From Takakia lepidozioides (Eukaryota; Plantae; Bryophyta): a stretch of 64,000 bases of DNA. Shown in pieces: positions 12,864-24,090 of this stretch. Below the pieces are notes generated by a model that ran no database searches, was not told where the DNA came from, and saw only the letters and a list, made by a program, of their open reading frames with translations. Positions within the stretch are counted from its first letter, which is position 1. The number at the start of each line of letters is the position of its first letter. Position numbers and translations under genes: made by a program. Location of the stretch: the NCBI GenBank assembly GCA_030704615.1, contig CM060732.1, positions 56,296,001-56,360,000 of the forward strand, read 5' to 3'.

Positions 12864-13562
12864 GTGCCACTAGTTGCTGGGGACAGTGCCGGTTCGAGCA
12901 CTAGCGACACTAGTGGATACACGAGACGAGGTGTGCGGTTTAGGCCACCTTCACCTCCTTTGTCTTCTATGGAAGGTTCTGATTCGGATTGTGAATCAGG
13001 AGGACTCACACCGGCAGTGCAAATTGTTTCCTTGCCATTGTTGTGGTACATGGAGGAGGAACGAGTGGTCATGGTGGGATTTGCTAAGGAGACACCACGG
13101 GGTAATGGTGCTCCTAGCCAACCACTACCTCATCGTCCTCAAGGCAACAAGGGGGCTAAGGTGAAGCTCAAGGAAGGACAGAGAGGACCTCAGATGCAGG
13201 GGTCTCTCCCTTCATTTGCAGGCCAACAACGGGCAGAGGTGGTGTGTTGGACATGTGGAGGACCCCATGTCAAGAAGGATTGCCCAGAGGGAGGCAAAGG
13301 GCCGACACATGCACAACCTGCACAGTTGCAGTGTGGGCATTGTAGCAAGCACGGGCATGGAGAGGCCCAGTGTTATGGTTTGCATCGTGAGTTGCGCCCA
13401 GCCAGTTCCAAGGGAACAATGGTGGCCGGGGGCGAGGTGGAGCAGCCCAGAGAGGACGAGGTGGCTAGGCACGAGGTGCAGGCTAAGGGCAAGCTCAACA
13501 TGGCCAAGGATGCGGAGGTCAGGGTGTTGACCAAGGCATGGCCAACCGGCTTCAGTAGCTAG
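12864..13562 (+). pseudogene. gag: gag of SDR-1 with an internal deletion
   Basis: Matches SDR-2 gag at both ends but jumps from LLWYMEE directly to ERVVMVGF. Zinc knuckles CWTCGGPH and CGHCSKHGH are retained. Confidence 0.8.
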
Positions 13563-14218
13563 AGCAGAGGCTCGCTGCCATGGCTACAACTCAGGTGGTA
13601 CCGGCTCCAAGGCCGGATGGTCAACCTCCGGCTCCAGAGGGAGGAGATATGGGAGACATAGGATTCATGTGCGGGGCAGCACTACCATTAGTGCAAGTGG
13701 AGTCGGTAGCGGCAGTGACCCGAGGAGCAGCACGAGTTCCTGAGCCACGAGGTGTAGAGGTGGAGTTGGATCCATAGCGTGGGAAGGCAAGCCGTCAGGC
13801 TAGGCTTCCTTAGTCATTCACATTGGCGGAGACAGTGTCGACACCATCCATGGCACCTAGTTCTCGCCCAATTGTTACCGAGGCGGAGGTTACTATGCCA
13901 TTGGGGAGAGCTACACGGGCAGTACCACTACATAGTGTTGCCAAGGCTATGGCAGCTAATGTGTTGCTGGGGGGGGGGGCCACATCTGTGTGCCAGGCTC
14001 CATTGTTCTTGGCTACCATGATTGCGAGCCGGGGGTAAGACCAGCTGAGGTGTTTAAGCTGGCAGCTACACTATGTGAGAGTGGGGAGGTTACTTCATCT
14101 TCTGCGGAGATAGTGGGAGGTGTAGTGCCGGAGGGATCCTCGGATTTGAGGGTCAAGACTGCCACGGCGGCGCCATGGCAAGCTGCAGCTGTCAGCTAGG
14201 CCAGCCATTGAGCGCGCC

Positions 14219-17200
14219 ATGGTGACACCTAGAGTTGTCATGTTAGACAACCAGAATGACATTTTCTGTTTGAGTGGACCGGCAAGCAAGAGGTACTGGC
14301 CATTGCGGGTCTTGTTGGACTCGGGAGCTCAGCCATTGATGCTGGGCAGAGTTGCTATTGTAGGCTTGGGCCTCACAGAGGCGGATATGGAGCCTTGTCC
14401 TTTCCAGATACAAACGTTTCTGGGAGGATCAGAGCAGGCTCGGGGCATGACATGGCGAGAGTTGGCTATCAGACTATGGCTGGATCCCCCTATAGATGGC
14501 TCAGTGATGCGAGCCAAGGCCATTGTGACAGACGCGGTCTCGTACGATGTCCTGGTTGGTGGGGCAGTGTTGTACCCCATGGGCTTCACCTTGGATTTTT
14601 GGGAGGAGTCAGCTTCCCATAGGCCTGGATGGCAGTCAGGGGAGGGTCGGTGTGTGCAGCTCCCTGTGACATTCATAGGAGGAGTTGCGGTTGCCCAACG
14701 GGGCAAGATGCCGACACTAGCAGCATTCACAGCTGCAGTGACGTGGCCTGGAGAGTTGCTAGAGGGCAACGCTCATTCAGAGGATTACACACCTCCAGGA
14801 GAGCAGGATGACATGTATGGTATGGCGGAGTTGCCTGCCATGGTTGCTTAGACTCCATTGTGGGGCACGAGCAAGGATTTGCAGCGGGTTGCTGATCGAA
14901 GGGTGCAACAAAACCTAGGTGGAGGCTTTTGTACCATCAGGAGAGGAGAAGAATACGGGGATTGCACCAGGACCATCTCAGTTGTCACCATTGGATACCA
15001 CACCTATTGTGTGGGCAGTATCCGCTGATAAGGCATTTGTCTTCTAGACTTGTTTGGCGTGGATCAGCAACCGGATTGGCTGCTATGTTACAAAGGCAGA
15101 TGTGTCAGTTTGGCGTTACCTGTATGTGGAGAGAGATGAGACTACACAACGCATCTCCTACGCCATGTTGCGCCAGTTGGTGGCAACAGTACCAACCCTG
15201 GGTTGTTCCGGTGTCTGCAGTTCGTGATATCAGCAGGCCTTGCAACATACATTTCATTGCTGGGGGCGCAGGATTGGAAAACGTTTGGCTCCATTGATCT
15301 GGTAAGTGGCAGTTGGCCCTGCCAAGGGTATTCATCAGCCGAGCATGGCAATGGATTGCGAACTCGGGTCGGGTCTGTTTTTGGGAGATGGTGCGGGTTT
15401 TGCGCCACTTATCACTTCATCAATCTGTATCTCCACATACAATCTTGGAGAATGTGCCACTGATGGGCGATTCTTGGCCAGGGTGATTGGCCAATGTGCA
15501 TCAAGTCCGGTCGTGGCTTGGGTCATCAGTGTTGCTGGATGCAGCTGCATTGGGGTCACGGGCTCATCGTCCACGGCTATGGTGGACTAATTGATGCCAC
15601 CCGCACTTGCTCAAAAATGTGGCATGTTGATGGGATGCAGTCGGCCAGCACACCTCACAGTGGATAGCATTTTGGACACATTGAGGCAGTCTCAAGCATG
15701 TAGACACGATGACCATGTCGCCTTTGGCAGTGGTCACAAGGTGGGTCAACCACGCGCAGATTACCTACACTGCTCAGCTTCCCAGGATCGCATGCTTTCC
15801 TGGATAATGAACCTGACCTCACTGTGGGATGCTCAGTTGTAGCAGTTAGTGGAGCCTAACGCTGACAGAGCGTGAGCGGAGCGATTGGTTTTTACCACTT
15901 GTACCCAATGGCGGTGCCGTCTCTTCTGAGGTATCTTGCGTCGTCAGTGTTGGGGCAAGCAATGGATCTCAATTTCTTTACCTGGATTGCTCCGCTTGCT
16001 ATGGCTAGCAACGCAGAGTGCGGAGTATACTTCCTCGCTGGTCTCTCTGCTGCCTACCGATACGGTACCAAAGAACAGGCATTAGTGGGGGCGAGCATGT
16101 GAGACCACGGGTGCAAGCGGCATCCATGGCACACGCGGGAGGTGCTCGAGTTCAGTGGGAGTTGGCAACCAAGGTGGCGGTGATGGATGAGGTGGGGATT
16201 TTTTTCGGGTTGAGGAAGTCCTCGAGGATGAGATGATGGGGCAGGATGAGGCCTGTCATTGACTGAGCAGGTAGGAGTACTGCTCAAGAGGTTGTCAACA
16301 TACAACCACTGGACGCGTCCTCTACCTCTAAACCCACTGGGCTTAATTTTGCAGTTACGACGGAGGACACTGGGAGCCTGACATGGACCATTGTCACCGG
16401 GGAGAAATACGACGTATATGGCGGTTTCCTGAGGGCTTATATAGGAATTGCTTTGCCTTCAGTTTGAAGGGACTGGTAGCACTGAAGGGTCAAGAGATCC
16501 GTATTGAGTTGTGGCCACTGACATGCCAATCCTTGGAGATCCCCTATAGATACAGGTGGCATTGAGAGGTCTTTGATTCAGATGAGGACTCAGATCCTGG
16601 GATGGCAGGTTGGTGGAGCTCTCTGGTGGAGAGTATGCTTCAGCCACAGTGATGCTAGCCAAGAAGGATTCTATGGCTATTGACGGAGAGACGTATGTGC
16701 GGTGATTACCGGCCTGTAAATCGTCAGACCAAGTCTGATAAGTAAGCCATGGCCAACACCAGAGGAGATCTTTGATGCCATCATCGGGCATGCTAAGGTC
16801 TTTAGCACTTGGATTACGATCCAGATATCACCAATTGCCTATCAATGAGGCGGACAAGCAGAAGAACGGCATTTTGTGGGATCAATGAGCACGGCAAGGA
16901 TTGCTATATCGGTGGCGGTTCTTACCATTTGGGCTTAAAGAACGCTCCTGCAGAGTTTCAGAGAGTCATTGATAGGATTCTAGCAGGGGTGGACTTTGCT
17001 CGTGCTATATAATGACAGCAATCATCTTTAGTGCTAAGTGGAGGAGTCTGGAGACACTTCAGGTGGTATTAAAGCGCTTGATGGCGCACGATTGAAGTTG
17101 TCATCCGGGGAAGTGCATATTTTTCCACAACCAGATTGAGTATCTGGGTCACATGATATATCCTGGAGGGATTGAGGGGTACAACAGACTAAGGTAGAGG

Positions 17201-19455
17201 CCCTGCAGAAATTCCACTCCCCACGGATGTGAGCCGAGTTCGAGCTTTCATGGGGTTGACAAACTATTATAGACAGTTTATCAAGGGATTTATGCCTTTT
17301 GCAAAGGCTCTAACCAGTTGACCAAGGTGGAGCTCAGGAGTAGCAGTGGGAAGATGAACGGGAACGAGCTTTTCAAGAGCTCAAGAGCGAGGTTGACTTC
17401 GGCACCTATCCTTAGACGACCTATCAGGGGGCGTCCCTTTCAACTGCATATGGATTGGAGCATGCCGGCGCTTGGAGCGGTGCTCACAAGGTGGATGATG
17501 AGGGAAGAGCAGTTCGTAGTGGCTTATGCTAGCCACTCGACAACGCTGCAGAGGCTAAGTATAAGCTCATATGAGGGAGAGTGTTTAGTTGCAGTGTGGG
17601 CCGGGCACACTTCACAGGGCTATCTATACGGTAATCTCTTCATCCTTGTCACGGATCACCAGCCACTCAAGTGGTTGATGGAGTCAGACAAGCTTACGGG
17701 GAGCTTGCACGGTGGGCACTCATACTCCCGGAGTATGACTTTCAGGTTGTGCATTGACCGAGTTTGGTCATCGGGATGCAAATGGATTGAGTCGCAATCC
17801 ATGCACGAGCCAGCAGGATGACACTGGAGCTCGGTGGCATGGTGAGACGGACGAGGAAATGGTGCCGGGATGGCATGCATTTGTCTTTTTGTGTATCTTG
17901 GCATCGGAAGGTCAGGTTGGACCTACAATAGGGATGACTGTAGACGGAGTGTCTGAGGACCCTTAGGCTATGATGAGCCAGGTGGTACTAGAGATATATA
18001 TGAGGATTCGCGGTGTGTTGGACCTACCTCCGTACTGGAGACACGGCAGCCACTGTACTGCCAAGGAGAGGGATCGGATCCTGCAATGAGCCAAGAGGTT
18101 CAAGTGGAGGGGAATACACCTGCTCCGAGTATGGGAGGATGGTGGGTGAGGATTGTTCCTCACCCCACACAGCGTGCACGGTTGGTGCGGCATGCCTATG
18201 AGGAGTTTGGGTATTTTGGAGTGCGATGTACACACAGTTTACTACAGGGGCAGTATTGATGGCGTGGTACATATATAGAGGGCAACAGTTTGTGCTAGGT
18301 GCATGGTGTGTGACAGGAATGCGTGCTTCATTCAACGCCCCTACACCACAGTTGCATCCTTTACCAATCATGGGATTGGGCTACAGTGGAGTCTGTCTTG
18401 ACTTCGCAAGGACCGTTGCCACTGACTATGCCCACCACAGATATGTATTGGTGATGGTGGAGCACTTCTCCAAGTGGATTGAGTTGGTTCCATTGCCTGA
18501 TAAGGCTAGTGAAGGGGCTGCTATGCATTCTTGGATCGTGTGCTTAGCCGATTTGGTGCTCCAACTGAGGTCTACTCACGGACCAAGGGAGAGAGTTCTT
18601 GGGCGAGTTTCAGGCTTTGTGTGATAAAGCCTTGATAGACCGCCGCACCACTTCTCGGGTTCATCATGAGGCTGATGGCTTGGCAGAGAGAGTTGTTCAG
18701 ACGGTGAAGAGGGGTTTGCGCAAGTATGGCTTGCAGAAGGGACACCTAGAGATTGGGATCTTCAGGTGCCTTGCTTAGCGATGGGCTACAGGTTCAGCAA
18801 ACAGCATCACTTGCCTCCTTCTCACCATATTTCCTTCTCTTTTGGCCGAGAGCCGGATTTGCTGCAACCATTCGTAGGGACACTGCTCAAGTCCTTAACC
18901 TTGACGATCCGGACGTGTGGGTACGTGTATGTGATCAGCGTGCAGAGTTGTTCAAGAAAGTCATGCCCATGGCTTTTTGTGAACCTTGCCCTTGCACAAC
19001 ATCGTGATACGTTGAGGTATGTCACTATACATGGTGGAGGATATCGTCCTGTGGTTCGGAGGTTTAGCCCTGGTGACTATGTTTATTTTGCAGCAGACTG
19101 CTCCTACGACCCTGGATGTCACTGCGATGTCACTGCAGACGTGTCATTCTGAGGGTTCAAGAGGTTTTGCCCTCAGGAGTCCTGATCTGGAGGTCAGGAT
19201 GGCATGACTTGGAAAAACCATGTGCGTAATTGTGCGCCATGTCAACCTTCCCAATGTCGATGGCAGAGTTGACCCAACTTTGGCAGTGGTACTTGCAGGT
19301 TTGAGTGGCATGCCTCTGTGGGTCTGCCAAAGGGGCAGCCACCATGCTGGTGTGTGATCGATGCTCAAGAATTTGGCAATATGGGATGCCTTAACACACA
19401 TCTCTTGAGAGGGTTCCTGATGGAGATTGGTTTGTCCATACTGCTTGGGATAGTG
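14219..19455 (+). pseudogene. pol: Frameshifted pol of SDR-1: protease (14219-14851), DNMT (~15030-15990), RT (~16450-17170), RNase H (~17400-17800), integrase (~18150-19000), PHD finger (~19300-19450)
   Basis: LLDSGAQ; WPCQG and ENV; VLGQAMDL (MTase motif X); GLKNAPAEFQRVIDRIL; SSYEGECL...VTDHQPLKWL; YVLVMVEHFSKWIELVPLPDK. Confidence 0.85.
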
Positions 19456-19712
19456 GACATGGACATGACTAGAGGCAGCTCACAAGACATGGGAGGCCAA
19501 GCTCATAGGAGTCAATACACCGAGATTCCAGCTCAATTCCACAGGTTGCAAGACAGCGATTAACGTGGGGCAACTCTCCACACCCAGCCTCTTGATCTAT
19601 CGAGTTTGAGTGTAGTAGGGACAGTTGTGATGGACTTAGTGAGGCTATGGTCACTATCACATCTTGTGGCTACCTGGACTTAGAGGGACCTAAGCACCAG
19701 CTAGGGGGCGAT

Positions 19713-20413
19713 TGTGTGGACTAGTGACTTGCCATATGGCCAGCATAGTGGGGCACCTAGTCTGACTGAGTTGTGTAGCCTAGTGGTTGGACTAGTGGCT
19801 GGACTAGTGGTGGACTAGTGATATACTAGTGTGGTATGCACATGTGTTGTGTGGTTTTTGGGACAGCGATGTAGTTTTGTAGCGATAGGTATGTGCACGA
19901 CAGCTGTCAAGTTATTTTACCACTAGTGTGAAACTAGCTAGGAAATAGCTAGCTTTTACATATTGACATTTGGGATTGGCCCAAGTGTCAATCCAGGGTT
20001 CAAGGCAGATTTAGGCTTTAGAGTGGTTATCTTCACGGCAAGCGCGGGAGGCTCATCTTTCTCTAGTTGAGCCTCACCGCGCCTAGCTATGGCGCCGTAG
20101 TGCGGATTCCCCATGGCTTGGGGTGCTTTGGATTGACTTGTATTTGAGTGATGAGGTTATATATGCATGAGTTTATGCTTCAGCTTTGTGAGCTCGCTTG
20201 TGCTTGTATTCTTCTTCTTTATCATTGTGTGGACTAGTGACTGCCATAGTGGATAGCATAGTGGCAGCCTAGTGACTGACTAGTTGTAACCTAGTGGTTG
20301 GACTAGTGGTTGGACTAGTGGTGGACTAGTGGTATACTAGTGTGTGGTGTGCATATGTGTTGTGTGGTTTTGGACAGCGATGTAGTTGTGTAGCGATATG
20401 TATGCGCACGACA
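19713..20413 (+). repeat. Right-end block B1-GC-A2-T-B2 of SDR-1
   Basis: PPT-like AGCTAGGGGGCGAT, then B1 19713-19902, palindromic junction GACA-GC-TGTC, A2 19905-20224 and B2 20226-20413. Confidence 0.9.
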
Positions 20414-20419
20414 AATCTG

Positions 20420-23400
20420 TTGATGGAGGAGCTTAAACAAATAAACCGCCCCGGGACTTGTTGTTGGCGGGTCGGATACATTACTGCAAAAGACGACCAA
20501 GACGTGCAAGGTCGAGCCGTACAAAGGAAGTCACGCCATGGAAGTGCTAAAATGGTGGATTTATTGAATGGAAGTACACGTTTGTCATACTTCCCTACAT
20601 CAAGCGATTTGGACCACGGAATGTTCATACGCTCTTTTCTACTCGACAATGCTTCAACATGGTTATAGACTTGGGAGAGAAGACTGATCGCGAAAGAAGA
20701 ACCTTTGCTATGGAACACCTTGGAAGCGAGACTGCTCCACCAATTCAAGGCAGTGGATGTGACTATAACTGCTTGGATGAAATTGTGGAATTTGGAATAA
20801 CGAGGCAGTGTGCAGAATTATATTGAGGTTTTTTTAATCTTCAAGTCCAGATAGAGAAACCTTAGAATGACGAGTGGTCAGACTAGCTCGATATGATGTA
20901 ATCGGGTAGTTGCAGGATAAAGTGGATAAAAAACGACAGATGTTGTCTTCCATGGAAATCTATGACAAAGTTTAAATTGATGATATTTTCCCAAATAATT
21001 TCAAATAATGATAGACAATGGTATATTTAACATTTTTAGTAAATGATCTTACCCCAAACATCAAAGATATTTTTTACTATAAATTTTAGTTTTAATTTGA
21101 ATAAAATTTGATATATCAAAAATTAGAATTTACATCGATTTGTCTATATCATTTGCTGTAAAATATGACATATTAAAATCCCAAAACACAAATGGATGAC
21201 CTACTATCGAAAGACTTTATAAAACCAAGTGTATCCCCATATGGAGCGCCGGTGTTGTTTGTGAAGAAAAAAAATTGAGCAATGCGGATGTGTATTGATT
21301 ATTGAGCTCTCAACTAGTAGACGTCTAAATGTGAGTCTGGGAAACAAGAAGTAGATTATCTTGGGCATCGCATAAGTAAGAAGAGAATTGAGGTGATGAA
21401 CGAGAAAATAGAAGCTATTCAGCAATGGATAGCCCTTGAAGACATTACCCAATTAAAAAGTTTTTTTGGCCATACCGGATTCTATATAAGATTTGCACGG
21501 GCATTCTCGAAGATTGCCCAACCATTCACAAATCTTTTGGGCAAAGAAATGATAGAAGTGGGCTACAGAAGAGGAGTTAGCATTTCAGGCCTTCAATGAT
21601 CCGTTGCTTTATGCCCCGATCTTGAAATGGTATGATCCGACAAGACTAATCAAGCTCTTGGTAGATGTGTCAGGCTTTAAAAGTGGGTGGGGTGTTACAA
21701 CAAGAATGGGAAGACGGATGGCACCCAGTGACATATTTTTCTCGGAAATTGTTACATGCGGAACAAAATTACCATACAACTGAACGAGAAGAATTGACTC
21801 TTGTTTTGACTACAAAACATTGGAAACACTATCTTGGAAACAAATAGTTCGTGATAGAGACAGACCATAAATCGTTGGTGTACTTGGAGACTAGAAAGAT
21901 CTATCGAAGAGACAAATTCGTTGGGCGGAGTGACGACAACAATTTTAACATGAAGATTATCTATGTGGAGGGAAAATGACAATTGGCGGATGCAATGACA
22001 ATGATGCCGCGTATGAACACATTGATAGAGATCAACCTTCAACCCGATTTGTGGAACAAGATAGCGAAGGCTTCTAAAAATAATTGGGAGATCGTGGACG
22101 CTAAGAGGAAAGACAAAGTGACAGAAGTTCGAGGGTTGATATTCAATGAAGGTAAACTTTGGATCCCTGATGAACCTGCATTGAAGACATAAGTTTTGTT
22201 TGAAGCTCATGATACGGCGATAGGAGGACATGTTGGAGTTGAAAAAACATTCGAACAACTTAAACAAACATTTTATTGGCCACGGATGCGAAACGAGGTG
22301 GAGACGTATGTTCGAAGTTGCATGAAATATCAACAAACCAAGTCAACAAACCGCAAGCCAGTAGGTCTTTTACAACCACTACCGGTACCAAACAGACGTT
22401 GGGAATACATGAGCATGGATTTAGTTTGTGAATTACCTCAAACCTCATCAGGATACGACACTATAGTGGTATTTGTAGATAAATTGAGTAAGATGATACA
22501 CATCCGCCCCACTAGAAAATTTGTCACTGCACATGAACTAGCTCGACTATATCTTGAAGCGGTCTATTCCCATCATGGGCTATCTAAACTTCTCATTACT
22601 GATAGGGGTAGCCAATTTACTAATTTGTTTTGGAAAAGCCTATTTGGTCTTTTTAAAACCAAATTAACTATGTCAACATCCTATCATTTTGAGTCAGATG
22701 GACAGACAGAGCGAGCGAATCGTACAATTGAAGACATGTTTACATTAGAAGAACAAAAGAAGTAAGATTGTTTATTACTTTTGGTAGAATTTTCATACAG
22801 TAACTCGGTCAACGCGTCAACCAAATAAACTCATTTTTTTTAAAATGTATGACGAATACCCAAATGTGCCAACAATTCTCATAAAGTTCAAATTACCAAA
22901 TGAAGAGTTATTAAAGATAGCCGCAACTGACGCATTTGTACAACAAATTCGACGGGGGTACTTTAAGCCAAAGAAAAGCTGATGGTTGTCAAAAATCGCC
23001 AAAAGCAGTATGCAAATGCATATTGACGGGATGAAGAGTTTGCAATCGGGGATAAAGTGTGGTTGTCTACAACCAACTTACACATCATTGGATCGCGAAA
23101 ACTAGGGGCACGATTTATTGGTCTTTTTTCGATCATTAAACATATTGGAGCAGTAACATACAACTGGAGTTACCACATATGAAGATCCACCTGATATTTC
23201 ACGTTTCTCTACTACATCGTTACGAACCTCGACCATCAATATTAAAAAATAATCAAGAACCATAACCTTTACCAGAGTTGATAGACGGAAACGAAGAGTG
23301 GGAAGTCGACCGTATTCTGAAAAAAAACGCAAACGAGGGCGATATGAGGTGTCGGAGTATTTGGTTTTATGGAAAGGATTTCCATTACATTAAGCTACGA
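20420..23400 (+). pseudogene. Degenerate gag/RT/RNase H/integrase/chromodomain of the chromovirus
   Basis: ORF 22196-22765 (HDTAIGGHVG...FYWPRM...SMDLV...ITDRGSQF...DGQTER). Chromodomain-like EEWEVDRILK...YLVLWKGF at ~23295-23395. Confidence 0.85.
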
Positions 23401-23409
23401 GGAGAGGAT

Positions 23410-23780
23410 TGTAACAGGGTAAAATCTAGAAGGTTCTAGATGGAGGAAGAAAGTTCCCTAGAAGTTTTCAAAATAATTAGGAAGGTTCCTAGGAAGTTTA
23501 ACTTAAGGAAGTTTGACTTGAGGCTCTCAAATCAAACTTATAAGATATTTATATTATGGAGAGTAAGTCAAATATTTGATAAAATCATATTGTGGAGAAT
23601 ATGTCAAACCTTAGGTTGACTTTATGAAGTTTTGACTTGAGGCTCTCAAGTCAAACGTTTAAAATAATCATATTGTGAAGGGTATATAAGCATGCAATGA
23701 AAGCATGGAAGACATCGAGTTGTTTTAGGAAAAAGTTGATAAGTACTTCCATTATAGTATATGTAGATTTGGGTGTTACA
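23410..23780 (+). repeat. 3' LTR of chromovirus
   Basis: TGTAACA...TGTTACA; matches 2035-2394. Confidence 0.85.
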
Positions 23781-23785
23781 CTAAT

Positions 23786-24090
23786 TTGTTGTGCATATAT
23801 ATATTGTGGGGTTTAGACAATGATATCGTGGTATAACAATATGTGTGCGTATGACAGTCGTCAAGTTAATTTTATGTTTAGTGTGAACTAGCTAGGAGAA
23901 AACTAGTTTTTATGTATTGACACTTGATATTGGCTCAAGTGCCAAACCATGGATCAAGATCTTTTATATGACACTTGGGATGTTATCCTCACGACACTCG
24001 CGGTGAGACTCAGCTTTCTCGAGTTGAGCCTTTTGCGTCTAGCTATGGCACCGTAGTGTAAACTCCCCACAATTTGGGATGCACTTGGCT
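23786..24090 (+). mobile_element. Continuation of SDR-0 (end of B, degenerate B/A junction, part of A)
   Basis: GCGTATGACA-GT-CGTCAAGTT at 23847-23867, followed by A-like sequence including the CTTTCTCGAGTTGAGCC hairpin. Confidence 0.7.

Larger units (their letters stand above)
3173..20413 (+). mobile_element. DNMT- and PHD-encoding Ty3/Gypsy-type element, copy SDR-1, with split direct repeats (A1-leader-gag-pol-PPT-B1-A2-B2); contains nested copy SDR-2
   Basis: Starts TGTCAAG (3173) and ends GCACGACA (20413). Flanks AATG/AATC (3 of 4 match) inside the chromovirus gag region. A1 3173-3499 matches A2 19905-20224; B1 19713-19902 matches B2 20226-20413. Confidence 0.85.
2035..23780 (+). mobile_element. 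Degenerate Ty3/Gypsy chromovirus LTR retrotransposon, split by a nested insertion at 3173-20413
   Basis: Similar ~360-370 bp LTRs at 2035-2394 and 23410-23780 ((T/G)GTAACAGGGTA...TGTTACA). tRNA-Met-like PBS TGGTACCACAGCC at 2396. PPT before 23410. 5-bp TSD CTAGT/CTAAT. Confidence 0.85.

Noticed and set aside
3173-20413. DIRS/Ngaro/PAT tyrosine-recombinase element, suggested by the split repeats and a methyltransferase
   Set aside because: The element has an aspartic protease and a DDE integrase in Gypsy order and makes 4-bp TSDs. No tyrosine recombinase motif was seen, and the MTase is C5-type.
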